Shown here piece after piece: positions 24,955-38,193 of a DNA stretch of 64,000 bases. The position numbers were made by a program, and so were the translations under genes. Numbering within the stretch: position 1 is the first letter of the stretch; each line of letters starts with the position of its first letter. Where the stretch lies: the NCBI RefSeq assembly GCF_902713615.1, contig NC_052164.1, forward strand, positions 69,787,830 through 69,851,829. Reading direction: 5' to 3'. The DNA comes from Scyliorhinus canicula. Lineage: Eukaryota. Below the pieces are notes generated by a model. It worked only from the letters and a program-made list of their open reading frames with translations. It did not search any database and was not told the origin of the DNA.

Positions 24955-25535
24955 GGGCGGGATTCTCTGATCCTGAGGCTAAGTGTTGACGCCATCGTAA
25001 ACACCGTCGCGTTTCTCGACGGCGTAAACTTGGCCTCAGGAGCAGCAATTCTGACCCCTACAGGGGGTCAGCACGGCACTGGAGCGACCCACGCCACTCC
25101 AGCTACCCATCCCGGTGTCAGATGGGCACCACGGGTCTGCGCATGCGCAGTGGGGCCGGTGTCAACTCGCGCATGCGCAGTGGGACCGGTGCAATTGTCG
25201 CGCATGGGCAGTGGCTCCCTTCTCCGCGCCTGCCCTGGCGCAACATGGCGTAGGGTCACAGGGGCCAGCGTGGAACAAAAGAAGCCCCCAGCCCGTGAGG
25301 CTGGCCCGCTGATCGGTAGGCCCCGATGGCGGGCCAGGCCACAACGGAGGACCCCCTGGGTCGGACCCCCTCCCCCACCACCAAGCCACCCCCAGATGCA
25401 TCCGAGCTGAGGTCCCGCCGGGTATGAGCCTCCGCTCTCCAGAGAATTGGCGGACCGGCGTCTGGGCGGCATGGCGCGATTCACGCCAGTCCCAACGATT
25501 CTCTGGCCCGGCCCCGGGGTCAGAGAATGCCACCC
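24955..25535. mobile_element. Harbinger-type MITE, family A (inverted relative to 16238)
   Basis: GGGCGGGATTCTC...GAGAATGCCACCC; TSD CCA. Confidence 0.88.
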
Positions 25536-25934
25536 CCAGTGTCCGGCTTTGGGCCAGCAACATATCCGTTGGATTTTCCTGGCTAATGAGGGACTGAGCC
25601 CATTGCACTGATACCTTTTCAGATATGCAACTGCCTGCGATCCTGCCAACTCTGAAGAGTCAGTGGTGGATGTCCTGCTGCAACAATTGGGATTGGCCAC
25701 AGACAATAATTGTCCAGCAATGGACTTTATAACTGTTTACCTGGTTGGTGTGTAAATTGGTCATAACCGGTTGGGGAAAATGATCTACTCTTCCAGATTT
25801 CTGCCCATTAACACCTCACCTGATTTTCTGGTCAGCTTCAGTACTGAGGCCTAAAGGAACAAAGCAGGGAAATTTGTAATATTATTTTCAGAATATTTGC
25901 AAATCTTTTTGCCTTTTTAGTTTAGTTCATCAAG

Positions 25935-26240
25935 TGTGTGGCATGGTGTCACAATGTTCCTCACAACACCAAGAACCTTGGTTTGATTCTGACTTTGGCC
26001 TGTGTGGAGTTTGCACGTCCTCCCCATGTTTGCGTGGGTTTCCTCTGGGTGCTCCAAAGATGTGCAGGTTAGGTGGATTGGCTATGCTAAATTGCCCCTT
26101 AGAGTCCAAAGATGTGCAGTTTAGATTTAGGTATGGGGATAGGGCAGGGGAGTGGGCCTTACTAGGGTGTTTTTTTTCAGCGAGTCAGTGCATACTAGAT
26201 GGGCCAAATGGCCGCCTTCTGCACTGTAGGGCTTCTATGT
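25935..26240 (+). mobile_element. HE1-like V-SINE (diverged)
   Basis: V-domain and CR1-type tail. Confidence 0.8.
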
Positions 26241-26393
26241 ATTCTGCTATTTATTTGATGCATCCAGGTGTCCGGATGATGGTTCTCCCAATGGTAATTA
26301 TCCCACAGTTATGATTTTGTGAGGAAGAATACCGTGACGAATAGGTAGATATAGATAGATGTACTGGAGGCAGACTCCACATTCATATCATAA

Positions 26394-26720
26394 GGGCAGC
26401 ACGGTAGCATTGTGGATAGCACAATTGCTTCACAGCTCCAGGGTCCCAGGTTCGATTCCGGCTTGGGTCACTGTCTGTGTGGAGTCTGCACATCCTCCCC
26501 GTGTCTGCGTGGGTTTCCTCCGGGTGCTCCGGTTTCCTCCCACAGTCCAAAGATGTGCAGGTGAGGTAGATTGGCCATGCTAAATTGCCCATAATGTCCA
26601 AAATTGCCCTTAGTGTTGGGTGGGGTTACTGGGTTATGGGGATAGGGTGGAGGTTTTGACCTCGGGTAGGGTGCTCTTTCCAAGAGCTGGTGCAGACCCG
26701 ATTGGCCGAGTGGCCTCCTT
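26394..26720 (+). mobile_element. HE1-like V-SINE, full length
   Basis: GGGCAGCACGGTAGCA...GGTTCGATTCC B box, V-domain, CR1-type tail. Confidence 0.92.
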
Positions 26721-26859
26721 TTGCACTGTAAATTCTATGATATCATGTTCTTCCCACACAAATATACCTGTCCAGTGCCAGCACAAAACTAGTCAGACAG
26801 CCTCAAGGTCAGTAGGCAGTCAGTTCCAGAACTGTACAATCTACTACAAGAATAGATTA

Positions 26860-27214
26860 AGGGCAGCACGGTAGCATGGTGGTTAGCATAAATGCTTCAC
26901 AGCTCCAGGGTCCCAGGTTCGATTCCCGGCTGGGTCACTGTCTGTGCGGAGTCTGCACATCCTCCCCGTGTGTGCGTCGGTTTCCTCCGGGTGCTCCGGT
27001 TTCCTCCCACAGTCCAAAGATGTGTGGGTTAGGTGGATTGGCCATGCTAAATTGCCCGTAGTGTCCTTAAAAAGTAAGGTTAAGGGGGGGGGGGGTTGTT
27101 GGGTTACGAGTATAGGGTGGATACGTGGGTTTGAGTAGGGTGATCATTGCTCGGCACAACATCGAGGGCCGAAGGGCCTGTTCTGTGCTGTACTGTTCTA
27201 TGTTCTATGTTCTA
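26860..27214 (+). mobile_element. HE1-like V-SINE, full length
   Basis: Tail GCTCGGCACAAC...TGTGCTGTACTG(TTCTATG)n matches the CR1 tail at 9833-9875. Confidence 0.92.
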
Positions 27215-28301
27215 ATACCTGTATCTAAAAAAGCAACAAAGTGCTGGCATTGCTGGTAACCATCTCCTGTGACGTGAAGCCCTCTTCCACTGTCTTTCCC
27301 GGAATGCTGCATTGCCATCTGTTCAAGATAGCATGGACACGCTTCATGCTACCTTGTTCTGAGCCATATGCAGAAACAGTTAACTTAAGTGCTACTCCCC
27401 ACATCTATCACAAGCGCCATTGGGTTCTGGTGATTTTTGACGCCGAAAGAAACTTTGCAGAAATTGAGTACACAGTCAAAATATTAGACACCTTTTCCAT
27501 TTTTATGGACATTTGAACCCTGAAATAACTCCGGCGGAAACTGTCATAAACATAACTGGATTTATTTACATATATACAAGTTATTCTTGTACCTCACTCC
27601 CAATGTAGACCTACTAGGAGGATAGATCTAACCAGGCCCTGACTGGGGCCTGCTTTTATCTTCTCGTCTGATGAGCCTCACGTGGTGGATCTCCGTCCCT
27701 ACCTGGGGAGCTCATATTCAATTAGTTGCCTCATGAGCCTCTTGCGAGTTATTAAAAAACCCCAACCACTTATACATTTAAATGGCCCTATCACATTAAA
27801 TTTACCCATAACCTTTTACACCTGATTTCCATATATATATATATAATATACACACCTACACTCTGTATCAGGAATTCACTCATGTGCTGTAAATTAAGAT
27901 GGCTCTAACCAAGAAATCAAACGGGGTCAGTATACGAATGGTTACACAGGCTCCTACTGCACAGTGACCAGGATGTTTCTTGCTAGAAAATCTAGCCATT
28001 GAGTTCACCAACAGCTTCTGTGGTTTACTTTTTAATAAGAAACTCATTTTCCGTTCTTTCACCCTCAGAATCCATGGCTCCAGTGGGTGGGGAATGATGG
28101 ACAAGCCAGCCGACATGGCCATGATAGGCTGGATGGCCTGCGGTGCTGTAATAATTGTAAGGCTGGGTGGACCCGTAGACCTTTTCCTGCCCATCATTTT
28201 CATGCTTGCATGCTGTTTCGTTAAGGGATAATAAGTGTCTATGCACCATCTCATTACCCGTGCGTTAACTGTTAAGAGTATTTATTTCCTTTAAATTTCA
28301 G

Positions 28302-28493
28302 ATCCTTCAACTCAAGAAAAATCAATGGAGTCCTCGCTCCTCGAGGTTGTGCTGGAGTTTGTGAGGCAGCCAGTTTTCATTGCAAGTGCTGGGAGTTTGA
28401 TCTGGGCCATCCTGATGGTGCTCAGCGTGTGTTTGTACTGTCGTCGCCGTACAAAACGCTGTAATATTCAGAAGAAACACAGACTAAGCAAAG
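28302..28493 (+). CDS. ROBO4: ROBO4-like exon B: juxtamembrane region and transmembrane helix
   Basis: Acceptor tttaaatttcag, donor G|gtgaga (phase 1-1). Encodes (D)PSTQEKSMESSLLEVVLEFVRQPVFIASAGSLIWAILMVLSVCLYCRRRTKR...SK; VRQPVFIA plus a hydrophobic helix and basic stop-transfer residues is the Robo TM signature. Confidence 0.9.
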
Positions 28494-28592
28494 GTGAGAG
28501 AGACCTGTTGACAAGTTATCAAAAGCAGAGGACTGTTTAAGAAGGGTGGAGACTTGCCAAAGTTGTAACAGGGAGCCGAGGGCAAGCAGGTT

Positions 28593-28921
28593 ATAGAATC
28601 ATAGAAACCCTATAGTGCAGAAGGACGCCATTTGGCCCATCAAGTCTGTATCCACCGTCTGAGGAGCACCCTATCTCGGCCCAAACTCCTGCCCTATCCC
28701 AATAACCCCACCTAATCTTTTGGACACTAACGGGCAATTTAGCATTGCCAATCCACCTAACGTGCACATCTTTTGACTGATGGAGGAAACCGGAGCACCC
28801 ATATGAAACCCACGCAGATATGGGGAGAATGTGCGAACTCCACACAGGCAGGCTAGACTTGAAGACCGGTCTCTGGAGCTGTGAGGCAGCAGTGCTAACC
28901 ACTGTGCCACCTTGCCGTCCC
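28593..28921 (-). mobile_element. HE1-like V-SINE
   Basis: Reverse-complement head, V-domain and tail. Confidence 0.85.
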
Positions 28922-28997
28922 ATCGATGCTACTCACCCATAGAGCTGCTTATTGAAGAGGCCCCTTGTTTAGTATTTGACTAATTAGATGGTAAATG

Positions 28998-29225
28998 TTT
29001 TTTTTTAAATTTAGTGTACCCAATTAATTTTTTTCCAATTAAGGGGCAATTTAGTGTGGCCAATCCACCTAGCCTGCACATCTTTGGGATGTGGGGGCGA
29101 AACCTACGCAAACACGGGGAGAATGTGCAAACTCCACACGGACAGTGACCCAGAGCCGGGATCGAACCTGGGACCTTGGCGCCGTGAGGCTGCAGAGCTA
29201 ACCCACTGCTCGACTGTGCTGCCCT
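28998..29225 (-). mobile_element. V-SINE short form
   Basis: Homologous to 33800-34023 and 36200-36423. Confidence 0.88.
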
Positions 29226-29304
29226 TTAGGTGGTAAAAGTAAAGGGCTGGAGCATAATTCTACTGACATGAAATTGTTGGTCAAGGACATGCTTACAAAT
29301 TATG

Positions 29305-29720
29305 CATGTAGGCCCTTCGAGTCTGCTCCGCCATTGAATGAGGTCATGGCTGATCTGACTGTACCTACTACTCCACATTGTCACCATTCCCTGATAACCT
29401 TGCACCTCCTTGTTTATCAAGAGTTGATCTCGCCCTGCCTCAAAAATATTCCAAGTCTCTGCTTCCACCACATTTTGACGAGAAGTATTCCAAAGACTCA
29501 CAATCCTCTGAGAGAAATCATTTCTCCTCATCTCTGACCTACATGGGAGACCCCTTATTTTTAAATAGTGGCCTCTAGGACTAGATTTTCCCAAGAGGAA
29601 ACATCCTTTCCACATCCCCCTATCAAGACCTCTCAGGATCTTATATATTTTGATCAAGTCGCCTCTCGCTCTTCTAAAAGCAGATACAAACCCAACCTCT
29701 ACAAACATTCCTCATAACCA
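29305..29720 (-). mobile_element. CR1 3' end
   Basis: RGDLIKIYKILRGLDR...RGHYLKI...FSQRIVSLWN. Confidence 0.85.
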
Positions 29721-29739
29721 CCCAAAACATGGGGCGGAA

Positions 29740-31576
29740 CACCCGCAAGGGGGGGGGGCAGCACTAAAGGGGCTGCCGTTCAAACAAGCCCGACATAAAT
29801 TCCGCTACCTGGGGATCCAAATAGCCCATGACTGGAAAGGCATCCACAAATGGAACCTCACCAGCCTGACGGAGGAAGTTAAAAAGGACCTGCAAAGATG
29901 GAACACACTCCCGCTCTCCCTCGCGGGGAGAGTTCAGACGATCAAAATGAACGTACTGCCCAGGTTCCTCTTCCTGTTTAGATCCATTCCGATCTACATC
30001 CCCAAGGCCTTTTTCAAAGCGCTGGACAAACTCATCATGGCGTTCGTATGGGGGGGTAAAAATGCTAGGATCCCAAAGAAGGTCTTACAAAAAACAAAAA
30101 CCAGGGGAGGGTTAGCCCTCCCGAATCTACAATTCTACCACTGGGCAGCAACAGCCGAGCGAGTAAGGGGATGGATCCAGGAGCCAGAAGCTGAGTGGGT
30201 GCGTGCGGAGGAGGCCTCCTGCATGGGAACCTCCCTCCGGGCCCTCGCCACGGCAGCACTCCCATCCCCACCCAAAAAACACTCCAGCAGCCCAGTGGTG
30301 ACAGCCACCCTCCAATCCTGGAACCAACTGCGGCAGCAACTTGGCCTGACCAAAATGTCGAACAGGGCTCCCATCTGCAACAACCATAGGTTCACACCAG
30401 CACTGACTGACGCCACCTTCAAAAGGTGGAGGCAGGACGGGGGGACACTGACAGTCAGGGACCTATACACGGACGACAGGATCGCAACACTGGACGAACT
30501 GACAGAGAAATTTCAGCTAGCTGGGGGGAACGAGCTACGGTACCTGCAGCTCAAAAACTTCCTATGAAAGGAGACGAGGACGTACCCACAACCGCCACGA
30601 CAGACACTACTGGAAGACCTACTGGACGCAAGTATCCTAGAGAAAGGGAACTGTAGTGACATGTATGACCGACTGGTAGATAGGGACGACACCGTACTGG
30701 ACGCAACAAGGAGGAAATGGGAGGACGACCTGGGGATGGAGATAGGGTGGGGACTCTGGAGCGAAGCACTGCATAGGGTCAACTCCACCTCCACGTGCGC
30801 AAGGCTCAGCCTGACGCAACTAAAAGTGGTACATAGAGCCCACTTAACAAGAACCCGTATGAGTAGGTTCTTCCCGGAGGTGGAAGACAGATGTGAACGG
30901 TGCCAAAGAGGCCCGGCCAACCACGCCCACATGTTCTGGTCTTGCCCCAGACTCGTGGAGTACTGGACAGCCTTCTTCGAGGTTATGTCCAAAGTGGTGG
31001 GAGTGAGGGTGGAGCCATGCCCGATAGTGGCGGTCTTCGGGGTTTCAGAACAGCCAGATCCATTCCTGGGGAGGAGGGCGGACGCCCTTGCCTTTGCCTC
31101 CCTGATCGCCCGCCGTAGAATCCTGTTTGGCTGGCGGTCAGCAGCACCGCCCAGAGCTACGGACTGGCTGTCCGACCTCTCGGAATCTCTCCAAATGGAG
31201 AAAATCAAATTTGCCATCCGAGGGTCGGACGACGGCTTCCACAGAACGTGGGAGCCATTCATGCAACTGTTCCGGGACCTATTTGTGGCCAATGTACAAG
31301 AGGAAGAATAGTCGGGGGAAGGTAGCGGGAGGGGGGGGGGGGGGGCTACAGGTTCATTACGGGGGTTCGATGGCTAGCTAAGGCCCAAACCAAACTAAAT
31401 AAACATGTTGAGGGGGGGGGGGGGGGGGGGGTGGGGGGCGCAGTTACTACTACGAAGATGCTTACCTGTAAATATGTATGTTAATTTTTGCGTGTTTGTT
31501 TTTTTTCTCTCCTAACAATTTGTAATTTGTTCAATATAAAATATGAAAACTGAATAAAAACATTTATAAAAAAAAA
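29740..31576 (+). mobile_element. L1-clade LINE, 5'-truncated (ORF2 C-terminal part, 3' UTR, poly-A)
   Basis: FRYLGIQI...LSLAGRVQTIKMNVLPRFLFLF...GGLALPN...CERC...HAHMFWSC; a single stop at 30565; AATAAA and A-tail; TSD AAAACATGGGGCGGAA (29724-29739, 31573-31588). Confidence 0.93.
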
Positions 31577-31580
31577 CATG

Positions 31581-32192
31581 GGGCGGAATTCTCCGCAAGG
31601 TTCACGACGGCGTCAGAAGCCTCTCCCGGCCCCCTACGGGCCATACTGGGAAACTCGGCGGCCGGGCCTTGTCCCTGGCCTCAAGGCCCGGCGCGCCAAG
31701 AATGACGTGGCAGCGGCGCCTAATGACGTCAGCCGCGCATGCGCGGGTTGGATAGCATGCGCGGTTGCCGTCTTTCCCCTCAGCCGCCCTGCAAGACGTA
31801 GCGGCTTGATCTTGCGGGGCGGCGGAGGGGAAAGAGTGCGTCCCCTTGAGACTCCGGCCCGACGGTCGGTGGCCACCGATCGCGGGCCAGTCCCCTCCCG
31901 AGCACGGTCGTGGTGTTCGATCCCCGATCCGCCCCCCTTAGGCACCACACTTACCTGGTGCGCCATGTTCATGACGGCAGCGACCAGGTGTGGTTGCCGC
32001 CGTTGTGAACAGGTCATGAACGGCAGGCCGCTCGGCCCATCCGGGTCGGAGATTATGGCGGCCTACGTTTCTCCGAGCGGCGTGTCGGAAAGCCGGACAT
32101 GCCATTTTGGGGGGGGTGGGAGAATAGCGGGAGGTGCGGGAGCGGACCTCCCGCTATTCTCCCACCCATCGTGGTTGCGGAGAATCGCGGCC
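31581..32192. mobile_element. Harbinger-type MITE, family C
   Basis: GGGCGGAATTCTCCGCAA...TTGCGGAGAATCGCGGCC; TSD ATG. Confidence 0.82.
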
Positions 32193-33339
32193 ATGTTGTC
32201 TGAATGGTTGTGAGGATAGGCCAAGTGGCTCCTTCAGCATTGTGAGAGAGAAATGTTTGCTGGAAAGTGGGACAGGGTGAGTGACGGTTTGCGAGGAGGG
32301 AGAGAGATTGAAATGAAAGAGAAGGAGGAGAAATGGATTTGTGAAAGAAGCAGTGAGAGACAGTACTGGTGGAGGAACTGTCAGAGGTAGGAATGGAAGG
32401 CAAGGAAGGGAGATAGTAATGGAAGCATAGAAAATATATGAGACCCTTCAGCCCATCCTGTCTGTGCAGTTGAAAAGTGGCTACCCAGCTGAATCCCAAT
32501 TTCCAGCCGAGGTTATGGTACTTCAAGGCCAAAACTTTGCCTCTTTCCCCCTGCTTAAGGGACTTCTTCCTGCCATCACGAGTATTTTATCAGTGGCGGG
32601 GTGGGGGTGTGGTGGTGCCTGGTTGGGGGGGGGGTTGCAGGAGCTATGTCAAATGATGATGCAGCCAGTGTACCTGGCAGTCTGCCTGTGGACTTGGGGG
32701 AAGGGACATTCTGTACACCATGGATGATTGGCTGTCGAGTGACAAGAGCAGCCCCTGCTTCTGGAAGAACCCTAAGCCTCTCAAATGACCCACCAATCCC
32801 CTACCCCTCCTGCCCACCATTGTAATATGCCTTTAAGGGATAGCAACTTGACATGTCATGTTTCCGTTTTCAGATTTTCTTGTTTTGAGCCGAGCACAGC
32901 GCTCACCGCTGATGTCTTCAAGCTTTTTATCCATGTATATATTTTCTCATGTGCCTAGTTTTAATAAATGAACCTCCAATATGTTAATTAAATCCTTTAA
33001 GAGTGATTAGTGCTTTTATATTATTATAAAATCACATCACCACCAATTATTGGGACCTGCCTGATTGTCCTTTGGGAGCTCGTCTCACTCATCTCTCTTT
33101 CAGAGGGGAGGTGCTTCTGCCTGTGTCCCAGGATTGACCAGTGCTCCCAGTGGCGCTGCTGGGACTGAAGAGCTGCTGGTAGCTTTTGGAAGAGGGAGAT
33201 CCTGCCTCCGGGAGGAGTGGAAGCAGAAGCCATGATTTCAAGCAACTAATTGTCTGAACCACGTGAAATAGAGTCGGGGCTTCCTGGACAGGCAGAGGCA
33301 AAGTCGCCCTGCATTGCCGAAGCAGTGCACTTTAATCCA

Positions 33340-33770
33340 TGGCCAAGTGCTTAGCCACATTTGTTTTCAATGTAATGAGGGTTTCTACCTCTTCCATGTT
33401 TCAGGCAGTGAATTACTGATCCCCACCAAACGTTCTCCTTAAATTCCCTCTAATCTTGGATACATGTTCTGCGCTGCAAATTTGAATGATTCTAATCCCT
33501 TCCACCAATTACTTTAAATCTATATCCCCTGGTTAGGGACCTCACTGTTGAAAGAAATAGGTCCAGTCTGACATAATTTTACACGCCTCAATTAAATCTC
33601 CTCTCAGTCACCTCTGTTCCAATGAAACCAACCCCAGCCTCGCCAACCTTTCCTTATTGTTAAAATCCCCCATTCCTGGCAACATCTTGTAAATCTCCTC
33701 TGTACCACCTCTAGTGCGAATCACATCCTACCTGTGGCCAGGACTGCACGGCGTAGTCCAGCTATTTCTA
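33340..33770 (-). mobile_element. Degraded CR1 fragment
   Basis: CCTGGCAACATCTTGTAAATCTCCTCTGTACC (reverse of QRRFTRMLPG). Confidence 0.65.
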
Positions 33771-33799
33771 TGTCCTTGTTGTCTCGGAGGCTGTGAGAT

Positions 33800-34023
33800 T
33801 AAAAAAAAAATTTAGAGTACCCAATTCATTTTTTCCAATTAAGGGGCAGTTTAGCGTGGCCAATCCACCTACCCTGCACATCTTTGGGTTGTGTGGGTGT
33901 AACCCACACAAACACGGGGAGAATGTGCAAACTCCACATGGCCAGTGACCCAGGGCCGGGATTGAACCTGGGACTTCGGTGCCGTGAGGCAGCACCTGCA
34001 GCACTGCACCACCATGCTGCCCT
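33800..34023 (-). mobile_element. V-SINE short form
   Basis: Family consensus match. Confidence 0.88.
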
Positions 34024-34683
34024 GAAGCTGAAAAAGATTGACAGAATTCAAAGGTGGGAGAGGTGGGGGAGGGAAGTGAGAGACGGAAATGAAGGCGAAG
34101 TGGAGAGAAAGAGACGGAAGAGCGAAGAAGTCTGGAATTCTACGGTTATTGCGACTCAATTTTCCCACCGGCAGCGCAACCCCACCAGTGCGTTTCACGG
34201 AGGTGTGGTGTGGTTACAATGGGAAATCCCACTGACAATCGGCAGGAGGATAGAATCCCGTCGGCAGCGAAGAGCGCGCGGCCGGGTAACACGCGGCTGG
34301 CGGACTGGAGATTCCCGCACAAAGAGAATTACACTTTCACGAACACAGCACCATAGCTAATGGAGCAGAAGAAGTTAACTGAAAGTTTTAATTGACTTGA
34401 CCCATGAACCTCTGAGACCCACTGATCGATGTTCATTACTATCCTTATGAGCCTCATTACTGATCCTAACCATATAGGCATCAGACTGCTTTAAAAGGGA
34501 TTAATTATCGCAGCTTTAACTGCCTTTGTTGGGAATCTGTTCTACATATTAGTTACCCTATGGGGAGCAATATTAGTCATGTTTATATGAAATAAAAAAT
34601 CAAGAATTACGGTGGTTGCATCAGATAGGAGGATGATAGAAGCTTTTCAGTGAACACACCATGTTTCCCCTGTATATTGGAGT

Positions 34684-34983
34684 GGGCAGCATGGTAGCAC
34701 AGTGCTTAGCACTGTTGTTTCACAGCACCAGGGTCCCAGGTTCGAGTATTGGCTTGGGTCACTGTGCGCAGTCTGCACATTCTCCCTGTGTCTGCATGGG
34801 TTTCCTCCGGGTGCTCCAGTTTCCTCCCACAAGTCCCGAAAGACGTGCTGTTAGGTGAATTGGACATTCTGAATTCTCCCTCTATGTACCCGAACAGGCG
34901 GCAGAATGCCACGACTAGGGCTTTTCATAGTAACTTCATTGCAGTGTTAATGTAAGCCTACTAATGACAGTAAAGATTATTAT
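34684..34983 (+). mobile_element. V-SINE with GGCGACTA-type tail
   Basis: Same structure as 12385-12690. Confidence 0.88.
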
Positions 34984-35317
34984 AGAAGTGAAAATATTGT
35001 TCTACCAATTAAAGTTGGGACAACATGGTATATTTAGGTCTTCCTGCTGTTGATGCATAATTGTTAAGTGCTGGGAACCTCGATTCACACTTTCCAAGGC
35101 TGGCTGATTTGTGCTCCTAGTTGTGCATCCAGAATGTGTTAGTGTGCAATTTGTCCAACCTTTATTTGTTACATCTATTATTCGCCCTACCTTCAGACGA
35201 TACACGTGCAAACTTGATTGACCCACACAAAATACAAATCACTCGATGATCAGAGACAACCTAGAACGCTGAGGTCTCATACCATCTCATTCATTTGTGT
35301 TACTTTATGCACTGCAG

Positions 35318-35360
35318 GCTTGTACAGACTAGCTGATGAAGACATTATTATCAAACACAG
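35318..35360 (+). CDS. ROBO4: ROBO4-like exon C (43 nt)
   Basis: ctgcag|...cacag|gtacgt, phase 1 to 2. Encodes GLYRLADEDIIIKHR, resembling the ROBO4 post-TM segment as I recall it (GLYRYTSEDAILKHR-like). Too short for the ORF track. Confidence 0.85.
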
Positions 35361-35443
35361 GTACGTTGAGACAAGATGAAGTAAGGATTTGCATTAGTTA
35401 ATCACGGGAGAGCTGGCCTGATCACCTTTCTGCTCTGTTCCAG

Positions 35444-35574
35444 GATGAACCTGACCGATTCCCCCTGGCTGTCGAATTCCTGGAAATCCGGCAGCTGCTC
35501 CAAGAACTTCAATCCCGGCAATGGTCAGCCCCTCTGGCCCCACAGCCAGGAGAGACAGACCTATTGGAAAACTG
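35444..35574 (+). CDS. ROBO4: ROBO4-like exon D
   Basis: ctctgttccag|...actg|gtgaga, phase 2 to 1. Encodes MNLTDSPWLSNSWKSGSCSKNFNPGNGQPLWPHSQERQTYWKT, containing the Robo (P/Q)WL..(S/T)W motif. Confidence 0.85.
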
Positions 35575-35924
35575 GTGAGATGGAAGTGATGGAGTGGCAC
35601 AAAGCAAATGACTGACAAACAAGGCTGCGTTTATTACCTGGGTTGACTTGAAAATGTGTTGGGATTGTGCCATTTTCCTGTTCTCATTACAGCAGTGGGG
35701 TGGGAATTTAATGGATGCATCCACAATGATGAAGGGTTTTGATAGACTGGGTTGGGGAGAATCGGTTTCCACTAGCAGAAGGGTCAGTAACTGGAGCAGA
35801 CAGATTTAGCATAATTAGCTAAAGAACCAGAGCGGTTATCTCATTGCACGATGGAGCAGACTTCATGGTCCGAATGACCTACTGCTGCTCTTACATTTTA
35901 TGGTCCTAAGATGATGGGAATTAC

Positions 35925-36423
35925 TTTTTTAAAATAAATTTAGAGCACCAATTATTTTTTTTCCAATTAAGGGGCAATTTAGCCTACCCTGTACATCTTT
36001 GGGTTGTGGAAGAGGGGGGGGGGGGGGGGGGGGGGGGGGGTGAAAAACTGCACATGGACAGTGAGCCAGGACTGGGATCAAACCCAGGTCCTTGGCACTG
36101 TGAGGCGGCAGCGCTAACCACTACGCAACCGCCCCCCCCCTTCCCTCCACAAATTATCATGATCCAGAGCCTGTTGGGTTGGTGGATGCAGATTCTTTAT
36201 TTTTTTTTAAATTTAGATTACCCAATTATTTTTTCCAATTAAGGGGCAATTTAGTGTGGCCAATCCACCTACTCTGCACATCTTTGGGTTGTGGGGGCGA
36301 AACCCACGCAAACACAGGGAGAATGTGCAAACGCCACACGGACAGTGACCCAGAGCTGGGATCGAACCTGGGACCTCAGCGCCGTGAGGCAGCTGTGCTA
36401 ACCACTAGGCCACCGTGCTGCCC
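35925..36423 (-). mobile_element. Two V-SINE short-form copies (35925-36135, 36200-36423) within a CR1 3' remnant
   Basis: Family match; second copy flanked by TGGTGGATGCAGATTC direct repeat. Confidence 0.82.
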
Positions 36424-37074
36424 TGGTGGATGCAGATTCAATAGTAATTGTGAAGAGGGAATTGGCTGTGTACTTGAGTAAGTATATGTGGAGTGCCATG
36501 GGGAAAAAAATAAGAAGGCGAGACGAACCAGAGAGCTCTTTGAAAATGACTGCAACAATAAGCTGGGCTGAATGGCCTCCTCCTGTGCTGTGGGCGATTC
36601 TCTATATCACTTGAGTCCTTGTGGTGATGACGTCGCCATGATAGGGTGAGTGTGATCTAGGCTACCTTGAAGAGTTGCAGTTCAGGTTTTGGGTGACTGA
36701 CCCGCTCACCTCCCACCTCTGAGACCCTGCTTTGAATTAGTTACAGGTTGATCGCTCCGTTAAATGAAAAATCAATAGCGAATTCCCATCTGGTGTCCCT
36801 GGTGTCAACTGCAATTATGAAGATAGACGGTTCAACCCATCGAGGTGACAACCTAACATATTGCCATAGATTGGCTGTTAAGGGCAATAGAAGTAAAAAT
36901 TCCACCCGAGTCCCCCAAGGGAGGGGATACAGCATTTAGTTGGGCTTTAACTACATTCAATCTGGACATATGCTTTGTTTTTGGGCTGAATGCAAGGAGT
37001 GGGAAGTACCCCATTCTCCACCACTGATGCCTCTCACGCAGATGAGCACAAGCACAATGGAGGCCCACCAGAAT

Positions 37075-37500
37075 AATCCCTGGGATGTCAGGATTGTTTT
37101 ACGAGGAGAGATTGAGGAAACTGGCTCTGTGTTCATAAAGTTTCAAAAAATGAGAGGCGATCTCATTCAAACTTACACAATTCTTACTGGACATCACAGG
37201 GTAGATGCAGAAAGGATATTTCCCCGGGTTGATGTGTCTATAACCAGGGCACACTGTCTCAGAATAAGGGGAAGACCATTTAAGACTGGCGAGAGGAAGA
37301 GCTTCTTCACTCAGGAAGTGGTGAATCTTTGGAATTCTCTACCCCAGAGGGCTGTGGAAGATCAATCAATCAAGACAGAAATCAATAGATTTCTGGTCAC
37401 TAATGACATCAAGGGTTATGGAGAGCGTGTAGGAAAGTCACATTGAGATAGATGGTCACCCATGGTCTAATTGAATGGGCTACTTTGTTCCTATCTTACT
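37075..37500 (+). mobile_element. CR1 3' end
   Basis: MRGDLIQTYTIL...FFTQEVVNLWNSLP. Confidence 0.85.
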
Positions 37501-37878
37501 AAGTAATCGGAGAAATAAACTACCAACCTACCTCCCAATGTATAATTGTTTCATTTCTTGATTGATGCCTGAGCAGATTTAAGATGTGAAAGTAAGTTCG
37601 TCATGAAGGATGCTACAATGATTTATTAGAGTTCCTTATATTTCAGTTCTAATTAGATTACCTCCTCATTGATTATACAGTAAAGACCATCCAATTGAAG
37701 TAATGCGCACAGGAAGTGGCTTTCACTGTTGATTTTCTCAAGATTCAACAGTACGCTGTGTTCGCTCTATCAAAACAATATCACCAAGCTATCATCAAAT
37801 GCCTGGATCAAGCCAACTAGAATGCTGACCCAAAATACTTAAGTTTCTGTCACTTATACCACCTGATTGATTTTGTAG

Positions 37879-38193
37879 GTCCATCGCTTGAGAAGGCCCA
37901 GGCTTTGAGAGACCAAAACCCTCTCATAGTGCCCGATAACGGCCTGTACGGTACGTTCAGCGTTGACATTAAAGAAGAAGATTTGAAGATGTTTAATACT
38001 CCGCTCTCGCAGAGGTCTGTCAATTCCAACTATAATGTTCAGCTGACTCCAGACCAAAGTCCTTTGCCGCTGTTGAAAAACAACATGAATCGAAAAAACA
38101 TCAACAGCCTCGGTCAGGTTACAAAGTTACCATGGAAACCAACGCCCTATCTCCAGCCAAATCCAGACTTGCGGGACAAAAACTACAATAACG
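37879..38193 (+). CDS. ROBO4: ROBO4-like exon E (cytoplasmic, CC0-like tyrosine motif)
   Basis: ttttgtag|...aacg|gtgaga, phase 1-1. Encodes GPSLEKAQALRDQNPLIVPDNGLYGTFSVDI...KNYNN, open throughout. Confidence 0.82.

Noticed and set aside
26394-26470. tRNA genes
   Set aside because: A/B-box sequences are SINE heads continuing into V-domains; no complete cloverleaf.
29710-32215. Apparent extension of the family-C MITE inverted repeat (CCTCATAACCA vs TGGTTGTGAGG)
   Set aside because: The left part belongs to the CR1 fragment and the ATG TSD defines the ends; probably chance.
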